The translations under genes and the position numbers were made by a program. The notes under the pieces are model-generated. The model did no database searches. It worked only from the letters and a program-made list of their open reading frames with translations, and was not told the origin of the DNA. Positions 19,222 through 28,955 of a stretch of DNA of 64,000 bases are shown here, piece after piece. The stretch's first letter is position 1. Each line of letters opens with the position of its first letter. Origin of the DNA: an uncultured Anaerolineales bacterium (lineage in GTDB: Bacteria > Chloroflexota > Anaerolineae > UBA7937); contig CAYLIE010000005.1 in the NCBI GenBank assembly GCA_964383935.1, forward strand, positions 24,566 to 88,565. The letters run 5' to 3'.

Positions 19222-22026
19222 TCAATACTCCTTCATGATCAAGGACAGGAAGACCACCTCTGGGGCCTGACCCGCGCTGCCCAGGCTTATCTCATCTAGA
19301 TAAGCGTAAGCAGGGGTGGCTCCCTCTTGATGAAGGACGAAAGAGAGATCGACCGTCTGCCCCAGGTAAGCGCTCAGATCTAGGTAGGTATGAGCCCAAT
19401 CTGCAATAGGCGTCGCGCTCCAAACCGAACTGCCGTTCACCCGAACATCAAAGTAATCGCTAGAGTTCGTGGAACTATAGATGTACATAAAGGAGAGGGT
19501 GGGGGAATATATGGTGGTAGGAGTGAGGGTCACCGTTTGCGAGATAGAGGAATTACCCTCCGAACTACCCAGTTTCACCGCGTAAATCCCGGTATGTACC
19601 GTGTCAGTCACTGCAATTGTCATTCCAACTGGTGCCCATTCTCCAGGGAGATCTCCACTCTCAAATTGTCCATTTCTCATCACGTCATCGGGAGGCGGGA
19701 GCCAAAAATCGACCCCTGTGGTTTCATCCTCGACCGCCTCTACTCCATACATGGGGGGCAGAGCACCGAAATTGCTTTGGCTCACCATCACGGTCACAGT
19801 ACCCGTCAAAGGCAAAGTGTACTTTCCCAGGTGGGTGGTATAGACATCAAAGCAACCATAGGGGGAACCGCTCACCTTGGCTACAACCACCGGCAACTCC
19901 CGGTTCCCCCGCACCTGGCCGGAGAATGTGTAAGCGATCAAGGTATAGGTGTCGCCATCTGGAGAGACGGGCCAACTCTCCTCATTGCCCGCTATATCTT
20001 CGGCTCGAGAGCGGAAATAGTAGGTGTGACCCCGTTGGCCCCCGGTGAAGGTCGCCAGGGTGCTCGCAGTGTCCGTGAGCCACCCTGTCCATCCTCCCTC
20101 CCCATCCTTATACTGGATATCATAACTCACAATTCCCGTCCCGTCACCATCCTCACCCCACCAGGAAACAGGGAAATTAACATTTGTCTGGCAGGTCGAA
20201 AGATCATTCACTTGTGAGGAGGGGGGGGCGTCGTCTTCATAGACGTAGGGCCAATCTACCATAGCGTCATAGAAAGCCTGGGCTATCACCTCCATCAAGG
20301 GGCCGGTGGGGTGTATCCCATCAGGGAGATAATAGTCCTCCCAATTCGGATAACCCTCGATAGCCGGCCAGACATCGGCCACCGGTATCCCCTTCATGGG
20401 GGCCAGATAATTCTCTATCCTTTGGTTGACCTTCTCCGTCTCGTACTCCTTATCGGGGTCATCCAAGCGGGGCGGGATGGTGGCTATGACCGGCTTCCCT
20501 CCTCTTTCCTTGACCCGATCTATGATATTGCCCAGGTGGCCGATGATCTCATTACGGGGTCTATTGCTAGATAGATCGTTGGTCCCCTCCATAACTAGCA
20601 CGAACTCCGGACTATAGGTGTTCATCACCTCTATGATCCGAACCTTACCAGCTGTGGTCCGCTCCCCCGGCCATCCGGAGTTGATCACCTCTGAGGGAGC
20701 GATATTAGCATCCAAGAACCCTTCCTCGTAAACGGGATAGGGGGTTAGAGCATAGCCTCCCCAGGTGATACTATCTCCGAAGGCCACATACCGATCTGAG
20801 ACGAGGGTCGCGATCCCCAGCGCACCTTCGGGGAGCGCCCCCTCTAAGAGTCTAAGAGGGGCCTCCACCCGTTGCCCTAAAAGGGCTTCCTCACCAGGGG
20901 CGCTCCTTACCCAGAGGATATAAGGCGTTTCTTCCCCATCCACCATCAGGGCTGGTGAGATAGGGAGCCCCTCCCTCGTTATCTCCCATGGTCTACCCCA
21001 GCCACTACCTTCCCATTGGCTATAGGCTATATATGAGCCCTGCCTATCATAGGCGGTCCAAGCCAGCCGGGGTTCCCCCCTGGGCCCTATAGCCAAGGCT
21101 GGCTCGCCGCCTCCGAGAAGAGAGGAGGGTATGCCTACCAAACTCTCTGAGCTCCAACCGTCCCCCTCCCAACGAGAGTATAGAACCCCGCTCTTCCCAT
21201 CGTACTCTCCACTCCAAGCGGCCCAGGGTCGCCCCCTCCCATCGATGGCTAGGGTGGGCATCAGATCAGAAGAGGAATCATCGGCGCTCACTAACCCTTC
21301 CTCGCTCCAACCCTCACCCTCCCAGCGAGCGTAGAAGATCTCATCGTCTAGACCTTCCCCATCTCCCACCCAAAGCAGCCAAGGCTGGCCATCTCCCCCG
21401 ATCGCCAAATAGGGGCTTCCATCATAAAGATCGGGGGAAGCGTCATCTCTATTCACTCGTTGAGCCTTCTCCCAATCACCCTCCCCCCACCGGCTGAAGA
21501 ATATCTCCTCATCGGTTCCATCGAAGCCGCTCCAAGCCAGCCAAAGGACCCCCTGGGGGTCAACAGCCAAGGAGGGAGAACGGTCCCTGGTCGAGAGGCT
21601 AGTATCTATCTCCCTCTTAGGGCTCCAAGCATCGCCACCTTGACGACTGTAGAAGAGGCCCCCATCCTCGTTCCATACCAGCCAGCCTCCCCCCAAACCA
21701 TCGAAGGCGATGGCCGGGGCATGGCCTCCCGAGGCGGAAGTCACCAATTGGGGCACACTCCAACCTCGGCCATCCCAGAAAGCGAAGTGGATCTCGCTAT
21801 CCACCTCGTCTGGGCCCCACTCCTCCCATACCGCCCAAGGTTTTCCTTCACCATCAAGGGCCACCGACATAGAGACTATGGCTCCTCTTCTGATCTCCTG
21901 GCCTTCTGCTGAGAGCCTTACGGGTCTCAGGGGAAGGAACAGGCTTCCTTCAACCGCTGGCGCCAATAGTAGGAAGGAGATAAGCCCTATAGAGATAAAA
22001 CGCAGCAAACGATGAATGCCTACCAT
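19222..22026 (-). CDS. Secreted multidomain SGNH/GDSL hydrolase (repeat/propeller-like N-terminus, SGNH core, FN3-like and beta-sandwich C-terminus)
   Basis: Signal peptide; repeats of P.LA.D..G.PW..W; SGNH blocks FGDSITWG, GWPG, EGTND and DGIHP; YYFRSRAEDIAGN FN3-like segment; ends VFLSLIMKEY. Confidence 0.8.
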   Translation of the reverse strand: MVGIHRLLRFISIGLISFLLLAPAVEGSLFLPLRPVRLSAEGQEIRRGAIVSMSVALDGEGKPWAVWEEWGPDEVDSEIHFAFWDGRGWSVPQLVTSASGGHAPAIAFDGLGGGWLVWNEDGGLFYSRQGGDAWSPKREIDTSLSTRDRSPSLAVDPQGVLWLAWSGFDGTDEEIFFSRWGEGDWEKAQRVNRDDASPDLYDGSPYLAIGGDGQPWLLWVGDGEGLDDEIFYARWEGEGWSEEGLVSADDSSSDLMPTLAIDGRGRPWAAWSGEYDGKSGVLYSRWEGDGWSSESLVGIPSSLLGGGEPALAIGPRGEPRLAWTAYDRQGSYIAYSQWEGSGWGRPWEITREGLPISPALMVDGEETPYILWVRSAPGEEALLGQRVEAPLRLLEGALPEGALGIATLVSDRYVAFGDSITWGGYALTPYPVYEEGFLDANIAPSEVINSGWPGERTTAGKVRIIEVMNTYSPEFVLVMEGTNDLSSNRPRNEIIGHLGNIIDRVKERGGKPVIATIPPRLDDPDKEYETEKVNQRIENYLAPMKGIPVADVWPAIEGYPNWEDYYLPDGIHPTGPLMEVIAQAFYDAMVDWPYVYEDDAPPSSQVNDLSTCQTNVNFPVSWWGEDGDGTGIVSYDIQYKDGEGGWTGWLTDTASTLATFTGGQRGHTYYFRSRAEDIAGNEESWPVSPDGDTYTLIAYTFSGQVRGNRELPVVVAKVSGSPYGCFDVYTTHLGKYTLPLTGTVTVMVSQSNFGALPPMYGVEAVEDETTGVDFWLPPPDDVMRNGQFESGDLPGEWAPVGMTIAVTDTVHTGIYAVKLGSSEGNSSISQTVTLTPTTIYSPTLSFMYIYSSTNSSDYFDVRVNGSSVWSATPIADWAHTYLDLSAYLGQTVDLSFVLHQEGATPAYAYLDEISLGSAGQAPEVVFLSLIMKEY

Positions 22027-22076
22027 TCTAATAAGTGTTCACGATTCCGCGGTCTAATGGCCCGTTCCCGAACGGT

Positions 22077-23753
22077 TCACAAGTAGCCTAGACCCTTCAG
22101 CCTCTCTTCGATCTCGGCTACCTCTTCCTCCGAATATGTCGCTTCGCTTTCTCCCTCTCGTTCAGTGACCTTCACATCTTCGTATCTTATGGACTGGGCC
22201 TCTCTATACTGGGGAGCGAACGTCTCTAACAGCACCTTGCCGTCCATATCCTTGGGGATAGGCAAACCCATAGCGTAAAGGATGGTGGGGGCCACATCGA
22301 TGATCCTTGCCCTTTCGATGGTGCCTCCCTCTCGGATAGTAGCCCCCAGGGCCAAGAAGACCCCATCTGGTTTATGTCTCCCCCCCAGATGCTTCGGTGG
22401 TATCCTCTCTAAGACCGGCCCGGCTGAAGCATCGTCACTAGCCAGGAAGGGCTGACCATCTAAGGAGAAAACCACATCGGGCAACTGGGAAAGGAAGGAG
22501 CCGCTATATATCTCCTCCTTACGATAGGCTCTCTCGATCACCGGTATTCCGGTATCTGGATCCCTGAGTCTAGATAGTTCGCTAATAATAAAGTCTCTTA
22601 CCTCCTCATACTCTCGGCCCGGCTCAACGATACCACCCGGTTCTCGACCCTGCAAGTTTATGTAGATGCCCTGGGTAGCAGGGCTTCCCGAATAGGCTTT
22701 GGTCCTACTCCAATCTATAGGCCAGGTGAGCAGGCCCCCTACCCTCTTTGAGAAGCCTATTCGAGCCCCCCTTCCCATCACCCGGCGACGGAAGCCGAAA
22801 ACATCGCCTCGGCGCACTATCTCCTTCACTTTTTGGGAGGTAAGCCCGCTCCTCCGTAGGAGGGCACTAAAGAGGCTGCCACCTCGCTCTTGGAAGACCA
22901 ACAAGCCTAGATGGGCCAGAAAGCGGTTGACGTGGAACCACTTGTGGGCTGGACCAAACCCATGATCGGAAATGACGAAAAGGGTAGTCCTCCCATCCAA
23001 CATCTTCAGACGCTCACCCACGATGACGTCCGCCAGATGATAGCATTCCGTGATAAGAGGCGCATATCTCTTCACTTCCCTGGGGTTATGATAGGGGTGG
23101 CGGAGGTCCAAGTGGTGCCAAAACAGGTGTTGTAGATGGTCTAGCGCCTGTATGACGTTGATAAAGAAATCCCAAGGGTACTTTTGAAGCAAGTATCTAT
23201 TGGCCTCTTCCCTCTTCCGCATCCAGTAGAGAAACTCCCTCAGGAGTCTTTTGTTAGGGGATAACGGGTCGTAGGGGTCGGCCGCATAATCTCCCACCGC
23301 ATCAAGGATCTCATCGCGTAGTTCCGCTGGGTAAGTGTAATCGACCTTGTTTCTGGGCGTCAGAAGGCCTGAGATCATGTAGCCGTTGACCTTTAGAGGG
23401 GGATAGGTTACCGGAACGTTGATTACCCCCACCATTTTTCCATGCCTACTAAGGATCTCCCAGAGTGTTTCCCCTTGAACAGAATTGGAACTGGCGAACT
23501 CTCGCTGCGACTTGTCCGCAGACGGATCCCAAAAGTCTGTCACTCCGTGCTTCGCTGGGTTCTTACCCGTGGCCATCGACACCCAGGCCTGGACACTGAA
23601 GGGAGGGATGGTAGATTCTAGTCTCCCCCAGACACCCTCACGCATCACCCTCGATAGGTTCGGTAGCTCCCCTCGCTCCATCATGGGGAGCAGAACCTCG
23701 AAGGTGGCTCCGTCTAACCCCAAAACAACGACTCTCTGCCCTCTCTTACCCAC
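22077..23753 (-). CDS. Alkaline phosphatase superfamily / type I phosphodiesterase-nucleotide pyrophosphatase family protein
   Basis: VVVLGLDGAT, STIPPFSVQAW..MATGKNP.KHG, LDHLQH, ISDHGFG, GRHKPDG, C-terminal ERLKGLGYL. Confidence 0.88.
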   Translation of the reverse strand: MGKRGQRVVVLGLDGATFEVLLPMMERGELPNLSRVMREGVWGRLESTIPPFSVQAWVSMATGKNPAKHGVTDFWDPSADKSQREFASSNSVQGETLWEILSRHGKMVGVINVPVTYPPLKVNGYMISGLLTPRNKVDYTYPAELRDEILDAVGDYAADPYDPLSPNKRLLREFLYWMRKREEANRYLLQKYPWDFFINVIQALDHLQHLFWHHLDLRHPYHNPREVKRYAPLITECYHLADVIVGERLKMLDGRTTLFVISDHGFGPAHKWFHVNRFLAHLGLLVFQERGGSLFSALLRRSGLTSQKVKEIVRRGDVFGFRRRVMGRGARIGFSKRVGGLLTWPIDWSRTKAYSGSPATQGIYINLQGREPGGIVEPGREYEEVRDFIISELSRLRDPDTGIPVIERAYRKEEIYSGSFLSQLPDVVFSLDGQPFLASDDASAGPVLERIPPKHLGGRHKPDGVFLALGATIREGGTIERARIIDVAPTILYAMGLPIPKDMDGKVLLETFAPQYREAQSIRYEDVKVTEREGESEATYSEEEVAEIEERLKGLGYL

Positions 23754-23755
23754 CC

Positions 23756-25285
23756 TTATCCTCTACCTCCAAAGCTCATCCGTGGAAGGGGGATTAGGCT
23801 CCTAATCGTTTGCCAATCCTCCAGACTTATCTCCCTTAGAAGATAGAGAAGCAAGATGTACATCGAGAAGAGGAACGCGTAATTTAGAAGAACTAGAACT
23901 CCGGAAACCGAATATCGACCGGCCAGAAGATAGACCGCCACGGAGGCGAGGACGATCTTGAGGAGCGATTTTGCCGGGAGCGGTATCCCAAACCTCCGAA
24001 TGGCGTAGATAGCCGCTAAAGAGAGGCCCAAGAAGGTGGTCAGGGCGGAGGCTAAGGCCGCACCGATGACCCCCAGGAGGGGTATCAACCTCCAGTTGGC
24101 TATAAGGGCTAGGGGAAGCAGGAAGATACCTACCCCGAAAGCCAAAAGGGGCCTATTCTCGGCCAACATAACGGTCACTAACACCATGTAGATACTGTAA
24201 AAGGCGGCGCTGAAGATCAAGATATTCAGAGTCGACGCCGCCCGCAAGTAGGAGGCAGAATAGATAAGGGTGACTAATTCCTCCGAGGTGGCAGCCACGA
24301 TCAGGGCGGCCGGAAGGAGGATCAGAATCAGGAACCGCCCCACCTGGCCCAGCCTCCTTCTCACCCCCTCATAGTCTCGGATGGCGATAGATTCGGAGAG
24401 GGAGGGGAGCAGGACGAAGGAAAAGGCCAAGAGGACGAAGCGAGGCGCGCTTGCCAAGTTCACCGCCGCAGCATAGAACCCCACGATGGTCTCGTCCGCG
24501 ATGAGGGCTTTCACGCTATAGAGATCGATATTGATTAAGAGGTTACTACTCAAAGTGAAAAGGATCACCGGAAGAGCGAACCTGAAGAGATAACCCCCCG
24601 ATACCCCTCCCCCCACCGCCGATAGACCAAAACCTCTTTCCAGGTTCATGACCCTATCTCTCCTATCCGTCAGGCGGTGTGAAAGAAAAAAAGCCAACAC
24701 CAAGGCCACCAAGGAGGCCAAGGCGTTCCCTACAAAGGCTCCGGCAAGGGCAAAGCCCAAATGCACCAAAAGAATGATACCCCCCACCCGGGCCAGAGAA
24801 TAAGCGACTACGGTGATAGCCTGTTGCCCAAAGGCCTGAAAACCGTTCAACATACCGCGAAAGAGAGCGTAGAAAGCCAAGATCGGGATGTCTAGGGCCG
24901 CCAGTCGAAGGTAGAAGTCCAGCCTTTTATCCTGAAGGAGAGCAGCGAGCAAGGGAGCTAGAGTTAGAAAGAGGAGGAAGGTAACACCAGCGTTGACCCC
25001 CTGCAATTTCAGAGCCGAGCCTTCGATAGCCGAGGCCATCCTCGTATCCTCAGCCAGGAACTTCTGAATCGCGGAAGGGATGCCAGTATTGACGGTGATC
25101 TCCACCCAAGTGAGGATGGTCATCACCACGCTGAAGAGGCCGTATTCCGCCGGTGTGAAGGCCCGAGCCAGGGTGGCATGCAAAAGATAAATAGAGAGCA
25201 CAAAGAAAGCCTGGGCCAGCAAAAGGTAGATGGTCCCACGGGCTAGCCGCTCCTTATCCCTGGAAACGACCTCCTCACCTATCAC
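23756..25285 (-). CDS. Oligosaccharide flippase (Wzx/MOP superfamily)
   Basis: 509 aa, densely hydrophobic with many predicted TM helices. EYGLFSVV, VGFYAAAVNL and LIPLLGVIGAALASA motifs. Confidence 0.88.
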   Translation of the reverse strand: MIGEEVVSRDKERLARGTIYLLLAQAFFVLSIYLLHATLARAFTPAEYGLFSVVMTILTWVEITVNTGIPSAIQKFLAEDTRMASAIEGSALKLQGVNAGVTFLLFLTLAPLLAALLQDKRLDFYLRLAALDIPILAFYALFRGMLNGFQAFGQQAITVVAYSLARVGGIILLVHLGFALAGAFVGNALASLVALVLAFFLSHRLTDRRDRVMNLERGFGLSAVGGGVSGGYLFRFALPVILFTLSSNLLINIDLYSVKALIADETIVGFYAAAVNLASAPRFVLLAFSFVLLPSLSESIAIRDYEGVRRRLGQVGRFLILILLPAALIVAATSEELVTLIYSASYLRAASTLNILIFSAAFYSIYMVLVTVMLAENRPLLAFGVGIFLLPLALIANWRLIPLLGVIGAALASALTTFLGLSLAAIYAIRRFGIPLPAKSLLKIVLASVAVYLLAGRYSVSGVLVLLNYAFLFSMYILLLYLLREISLEDWQTIRSLIPLPRMSFGGRG

Positions 25286-25288
25286 TTC

Positions 25289-25393
25289 TCAAGCTCCCTG
25301 GAAGAATAATATCCGATCCAGGATCGATTTGGCGCTCTTCAGAACCCGCCTTACATCCGTTAGAATTCGTATCGCGGTTACCTTGCCGGGCAT
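25289..25393 (-). CDS. 34-aa micro-ORF homologous to the C-terminal tail of the radical SAM protein (small protein or relic)
   Basis: AGGAG-ATG, MPGKVTAIRILTDVRRVLKSAKSILDRILFFQGA*. 28 identical nt at 25322-25349 and 26331-26358. Confidence 0.5.
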   Translation of the reverse strand: MPGKVTAIRILTDVRRVLKSAKSILDRILFFQGA

Positions 25394-25414
25394 CTCCTAA
25401 TTAATGAGTCCCTC

Positions 25415-26299
25415 TCAATCCTTGCGCAGCACCAACCCCAAATAGTAACCATCCCCTTCCCTGGCCCTATCCCCCAGATAAAGCCTCTTATATAGGGGCT
25501 TCTGCATCCAGCCCAGAAAGCCATTCCTGATCACCAAAGGCAGACGAAACCACCAGTTGGTGAAACGGCGGGTTTTTTTATCCTCGAAATAGAACTCAGC
25601 CTCCACCTCCAAACCGGAGGGTTTTATTATACGCTTCTCCAGTGCTTCCTCATCATAAGTTCGACAGAAGAGCCACTCCCATCGCCACTCCCGATACTCC
25701 TCACCGATGCCGAAGGACAAAAAGAGCCTGCCCCCTGGCCTGAGGATACGGTTTGCCTCCCTAACGAATTCGATATCCCCATCACCGGGGAAGTGTTCCA
25801 CCGCTGAGATATTGAGGATCAGGTCGAAGAACTCGTCCCAGAAGGAGGTGACTGTGGCATCCTGGACGGCTACATGCACCTGGCCCTCCAGGTCACCATC
25901 TTTCCTCAGATATCTTTCATACCTCTTCTGAATGGATACCTGGGGGTCTATATCTACCACATGCACCTCACAGCCTCGGGAAGCCAAAACCCAAGGGAAA
26001 ACCGACCTACATGCACCCACATCCAGGAGGCGAACTGTGTGATCTAGATGAAAGTAAGATAATATCAGCGGGAACTCCCAACAGCGATAGAAATTTATCC
26101 CCTGCAGGAGGTGTCTCAGGCCCAAAAGTAGACCCCCACGTTTGAGCGCTAGGAGGCCAAGCCTACGCTTAAAGCGGGAGAGCTCATCGATTAGAGCGTA
26201 ATCGCGCTCAATATCCTTTTGATGAAATGCTTTCCGTAAATCGCTGCCTACCATAGCCTTTACCTCCAATAACCCGAACGGTTCAATAGCCTCATCCAC
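25415..26299 (-). CDS. Class I SAM-dependent methyltransferase
   Basis: ORF to 26311; likely GTG at 26299. LLDVGACRS, FDLILNISAVEHF and RILRPGGRLFL motifs. Confidence 0.85.
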   Translation of the reverse strand: MDEAIEPFGLLEVKAMVGSDLRKAFHQKDIERDYALIDELSRFKRRLGLLALKRGGLLLGLRHLLQGINFYRCWEFPLILSYFHLDHTVRLLDVGACRSVFPWVLASRGCEVHVVDIDPQVSIQKRYERYLRKDGDLEGQVHVAVQDATVTSFWDEFFDLILNISAVEHFPGDGDIEFVREANRILRPGGRLFLSFGIGEEYREWRWEWLFCRTYDEEALEKRIIKPSGLEVEAEFYFEDKKTRRFTNWWFRLPLVIRNGFLGWMQKPLYKRLYLGDRAREGDGYYLGLVLRKD

Positions 26300-27737
26300 T
26301 TGAAGCACCAAAGAAGAATATCCGGTCCACGATCGATTTGGCGCTCTTCAGAACCCGCTTCACATCCTTCAGGCTGCGTATCTTGGCCGCAGTCTTGAGG
26401 ATGAAACTGGGACGGAAGTAGAACTCTCGATAGGCTCGCACCCGCGCGCGCTCCACCTCTTCCCGAGACAACTCCTCCGTCTCGATGAGGGAGTTCTTGG
26501 AGGCGAAGTCCGCCCAGGAATCGTAAACCAACCAGCCATTTCTCTCACATTGGGCGTAGAGTTGGGTCCCCGGATGGGGAATAGCCACCGCGAACTGAAC
26601 GCTATCGGGGTCCAATTCTTTGGCGAACTCAATGGTTTGGCTGATCGTCTCTTGGTCCTCCCCCGGGATACCGAAGAGGAAGAAGGCCTGGGCCCTTATC
26701 CCCAACCTCCGGCAGATGGCGAAGGTCTCCTTGGTCCGCGAAAGCGAAATCCCTTTCCGCATCAGTTTGAGCATCTTGGGCGAGCCCGACTCCACACCAA
26801 AATAGATATAGTGGCACCCCGCCTTTTTCATGGCCGTCAACATCTCTTCGTCCACGGTATCCACCCGGCTCTGGCAGATCCAACCTACCTGGATCCCCCT
26901 CTCTTGGATGAGGCGACATATCTCCAGCATCCGCTCTTTATCCAAAGTGAGGCAGTCGTCATCGAAATATATCTCGTCCACACCGTAATCCCGTATCAAC
27001 CGTTCCATCTCCTCCACCACATTGGCCGCGCTTCGAGCCCGGAACTTATGCCCGTAGAGAGTCTCCGGCCAGAGGCAATAGGTACAATGAGCCGGGCACC
27101 CTCGCGAACTGACCATGGTCATGGTCCTGTGGCCCGAGTAGACGGCAGAGTGGTACCCCTCGCATCTCACTATATGCCAAGCCGGGAAGGGGAGTCTGTC
27201 CAGATCCTCAAGGAGGAGACGCTCTCCGTTCACCTGGACCTGTCCATCGCTTCGGTACGACAGGCCTAATACTTGAGAGAGGTCACCACCATCGGCCAGC
27301 ACCCTGGCCAGATCCCTGGCCGTCAACTCAAACTCCCCACGACAGATGGCGTCCACTTCTGGGTTCGCCTCTAGGATCTCTCGGTGGAAGAAGGTGGCGT
27401 GAGAGCCAACTAGAGCCACGAAGGTATCCCTATCCTTCTCCTTGAGCGCCTTGGCGGCCTGGAGGTCGTACTCGATGGAGGGGGTGGAACACTCCATAAC
27501 CACCAGATCCGGCGCCTCCTTGACCACCGCCTCGGCGAACTCGGTGATGGACATCTCCTCCATCACCCCGTCCAGGAACCCCACTTCAAAGCCCGCCTCT
27601 TCCAACACCGCCACCGTATAGGCCAGATAGATGGGGTACTCCAGGTATTTATCGCTCCGCTTATGGGGCCAGCGCACATCGGAACGGGCTCCATACCCCG
27701 GGCCAGGCCAGGGGGGGTTGGTAACCAGAACCCTCAT
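26292..27737 (-). CDS. Cobalamin-binding (class B) radical SAM protein
   Basis: N-terminal B12-binding domain, SSRGCPAHCTYC (CX3CX2C), EIYFDDD, FGVESG; similar in style to HpnJ-type proteins. Confidence 0.92.
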   Translation of the reverse strand: MRVLVTNPPWPGPGYGARSDVRWPHKRSDKYLEYPIYLAYTVAVLEEAGFEVGFLDGVMEEMSITEFAEAVVKEAPDLVVMECSTPSIEYDLQAAKALKEKDRDTFVALVGSHATFFHREILEANPEVDAICRGEFELTARDLARVLADGGDLSQVLGLSYRSDGQVQVNGERLLLEDLDRLPFPAWHIVRCEGYHSAVYSGHRTMTMVSSRGCPAHCTYCLWPETLYGHKFRARSAANVVEEMERLIRDYGVDEIYFDDDCLTLDKERMLEICRLIQERGIQVGWICQSRVDTVDEEMLTAMKKAGCHYIYFGVESGSPKMLKLMRKGISLSRTKETFAICRRLGIRAQAFFLFGIPGEDQETISQTIEFAKELDPDSVQFAVAIPHPGTQLYAQCERNGWLVYDSWADFASKNSLIETEELSREEVERARVRAYREFYFRPSFILKTAAKIRSLKDVKRVLKSAKSIVDRIFFFGASSG

Positions 27738-28939
27738 GCCGCTCTATCCTCCTCTAGATAACCTTCACATAATTGCACGAACTTCTCAGCTAGACTTCGC
27801 CACTCGAACTTCTCTCTCACCTTCTGCAACCCTCGAGCACCTAACTCCTTACGCCAAACGTCGTTAGTCAGAAGAGAGCAGACCTTGTCGGCCAGATCTC
27901 GATGGTCTCCGGGGATGTAAAATAGTCCCTCTCCCCCCTCTTCCATCACCTCTTCCAGCGCTGGAAGACGGGGAAGGATAGAAGGGACCCCACAGGCCCA
28001 GTACTCGAACTCCTTGAGGGTAACGCGGCCTCGCGCCGATAGCACATCAGGGAGTATCACCAGCCCTAGGTCGCTGGCCGAGATATAGCGAGGTACCTCC
28101 TCTTGAGGCACCCAACCTGAGAAATGAAAGTGATCGTTCAAACCGTACCTAGCCACCCTCTCCTTGAGAGAGGGAACGGCAGCCCCACCCCCCACCATCC
28201 AGAAGGCTGTCATAGGGCACCTCTCTACCACCAAGCGGGCCGCCTCCACTAGAAGTTCTGGGTGATCCTGGGGGTCGATCACACCGTGGAAGATGAGAAC
28301 GTGATCCGCGCCCGGGGCGTACTTCTTTCGCAGATCATCACCGTTGACCGTCCTGAAGATATTAGTATCCACACCATCGGGCACTACATCGATATCCTGG
28401 GGACGGCCCCCAAACCGGCAGGCGATACCCGTCATAGCCTGGCTGATGGTGACGATTCTGTCTGAATCCCTGATGGTCGTTCTCTCCATTTGCCGGCCCA
28501 GGCCCACTATGGCCCGCAACCATCTGGAGCGGTAATCCTCTAGATACTCGAAGAGGAGATCGGTGAGGTCTAAGAGGGCCAAAGTTTGGGGGTGGAACCT
28601 CTTAGCCAGAAGGGCGCTGTAACCGGCGATGGAATTGTGGGAAACGATGAGATCGGGTTTCAACCGTCGAGCGTAGTTGGTCACCCACAAGATATTGAGG
28701 GGGAAAGCGACCATATATTTGGGCATCTTCCACCGGCCCAAACGGTTCACCCCCTGGATGGGCAACCAATGGGCACACCCGTATCGGTCGATCGCCTCCT
28801 CTCTGGAGACGGCGATGGAGGAAGCCACATATACCTCGTGCCCTCTGGCCACGAAAGCCTTTATCACGTTCGATGTGCGGGGAGTTCCTCCCCCACTGAT
28901 AGGCACCAATTTCTCGAAGATGGTGACTAGGACTCGCAA
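27734..28939 (-). CDS. Glycosyltransferase family 4
   Basis: GT-B pattern: VVPDGVD, LKEFEYWACGVP, KFEWRSLA. Confidence 0.88.
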   Translation of the reverse strand: MRVLVTIFEKLVPISGGGTPRTSNVIKAFVARGHEVYVASSIAVSREEAIDRYGCAHWLPIQGVNRLGRWKMPKYMVAFPLNILWVTNYARRLKPDLIVSHNSIAGYSALLAKRFHPQTLALLDLTDLLFEYLEDYRSRWLRAIVGLGRQMERTTIRDSDRIVTISQAMTGIACRFGGRPQDIDVVPDGVDTNIFRTVNGDDLRKKYAPGADHVLIFHGVIDPQDHPELLVEAARLVVERCPMTAFWMVGGGAAVPSLKERVARYGLNDHFHFSGWVPQEEVPRYISASDLGLVILPDVLSARGRVTLKEFEYWACGVPSILPRLPALEEVMEEGGEGLFYIPGDHRDLADKVCSLLTNDVWRKELGARGLQKVREKFEWRSLAEKFVQLCEGYLEEDRAA

Positions 28940-28955
28940 AGAGAGCCTCCCACTT

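Noticed and set aside
19390-20217. 275-aa plus-strand ORF, and similar long plus-strand ORFs (5020..5547, 26550..27269, 38949..39650, 48234..48944, 50508..51212, 54382..55134, 61197..61814)
   Set aside because: Antisense shadows of well-supported minus-strand genes in GC-rich DNA; no motifs or RBS.
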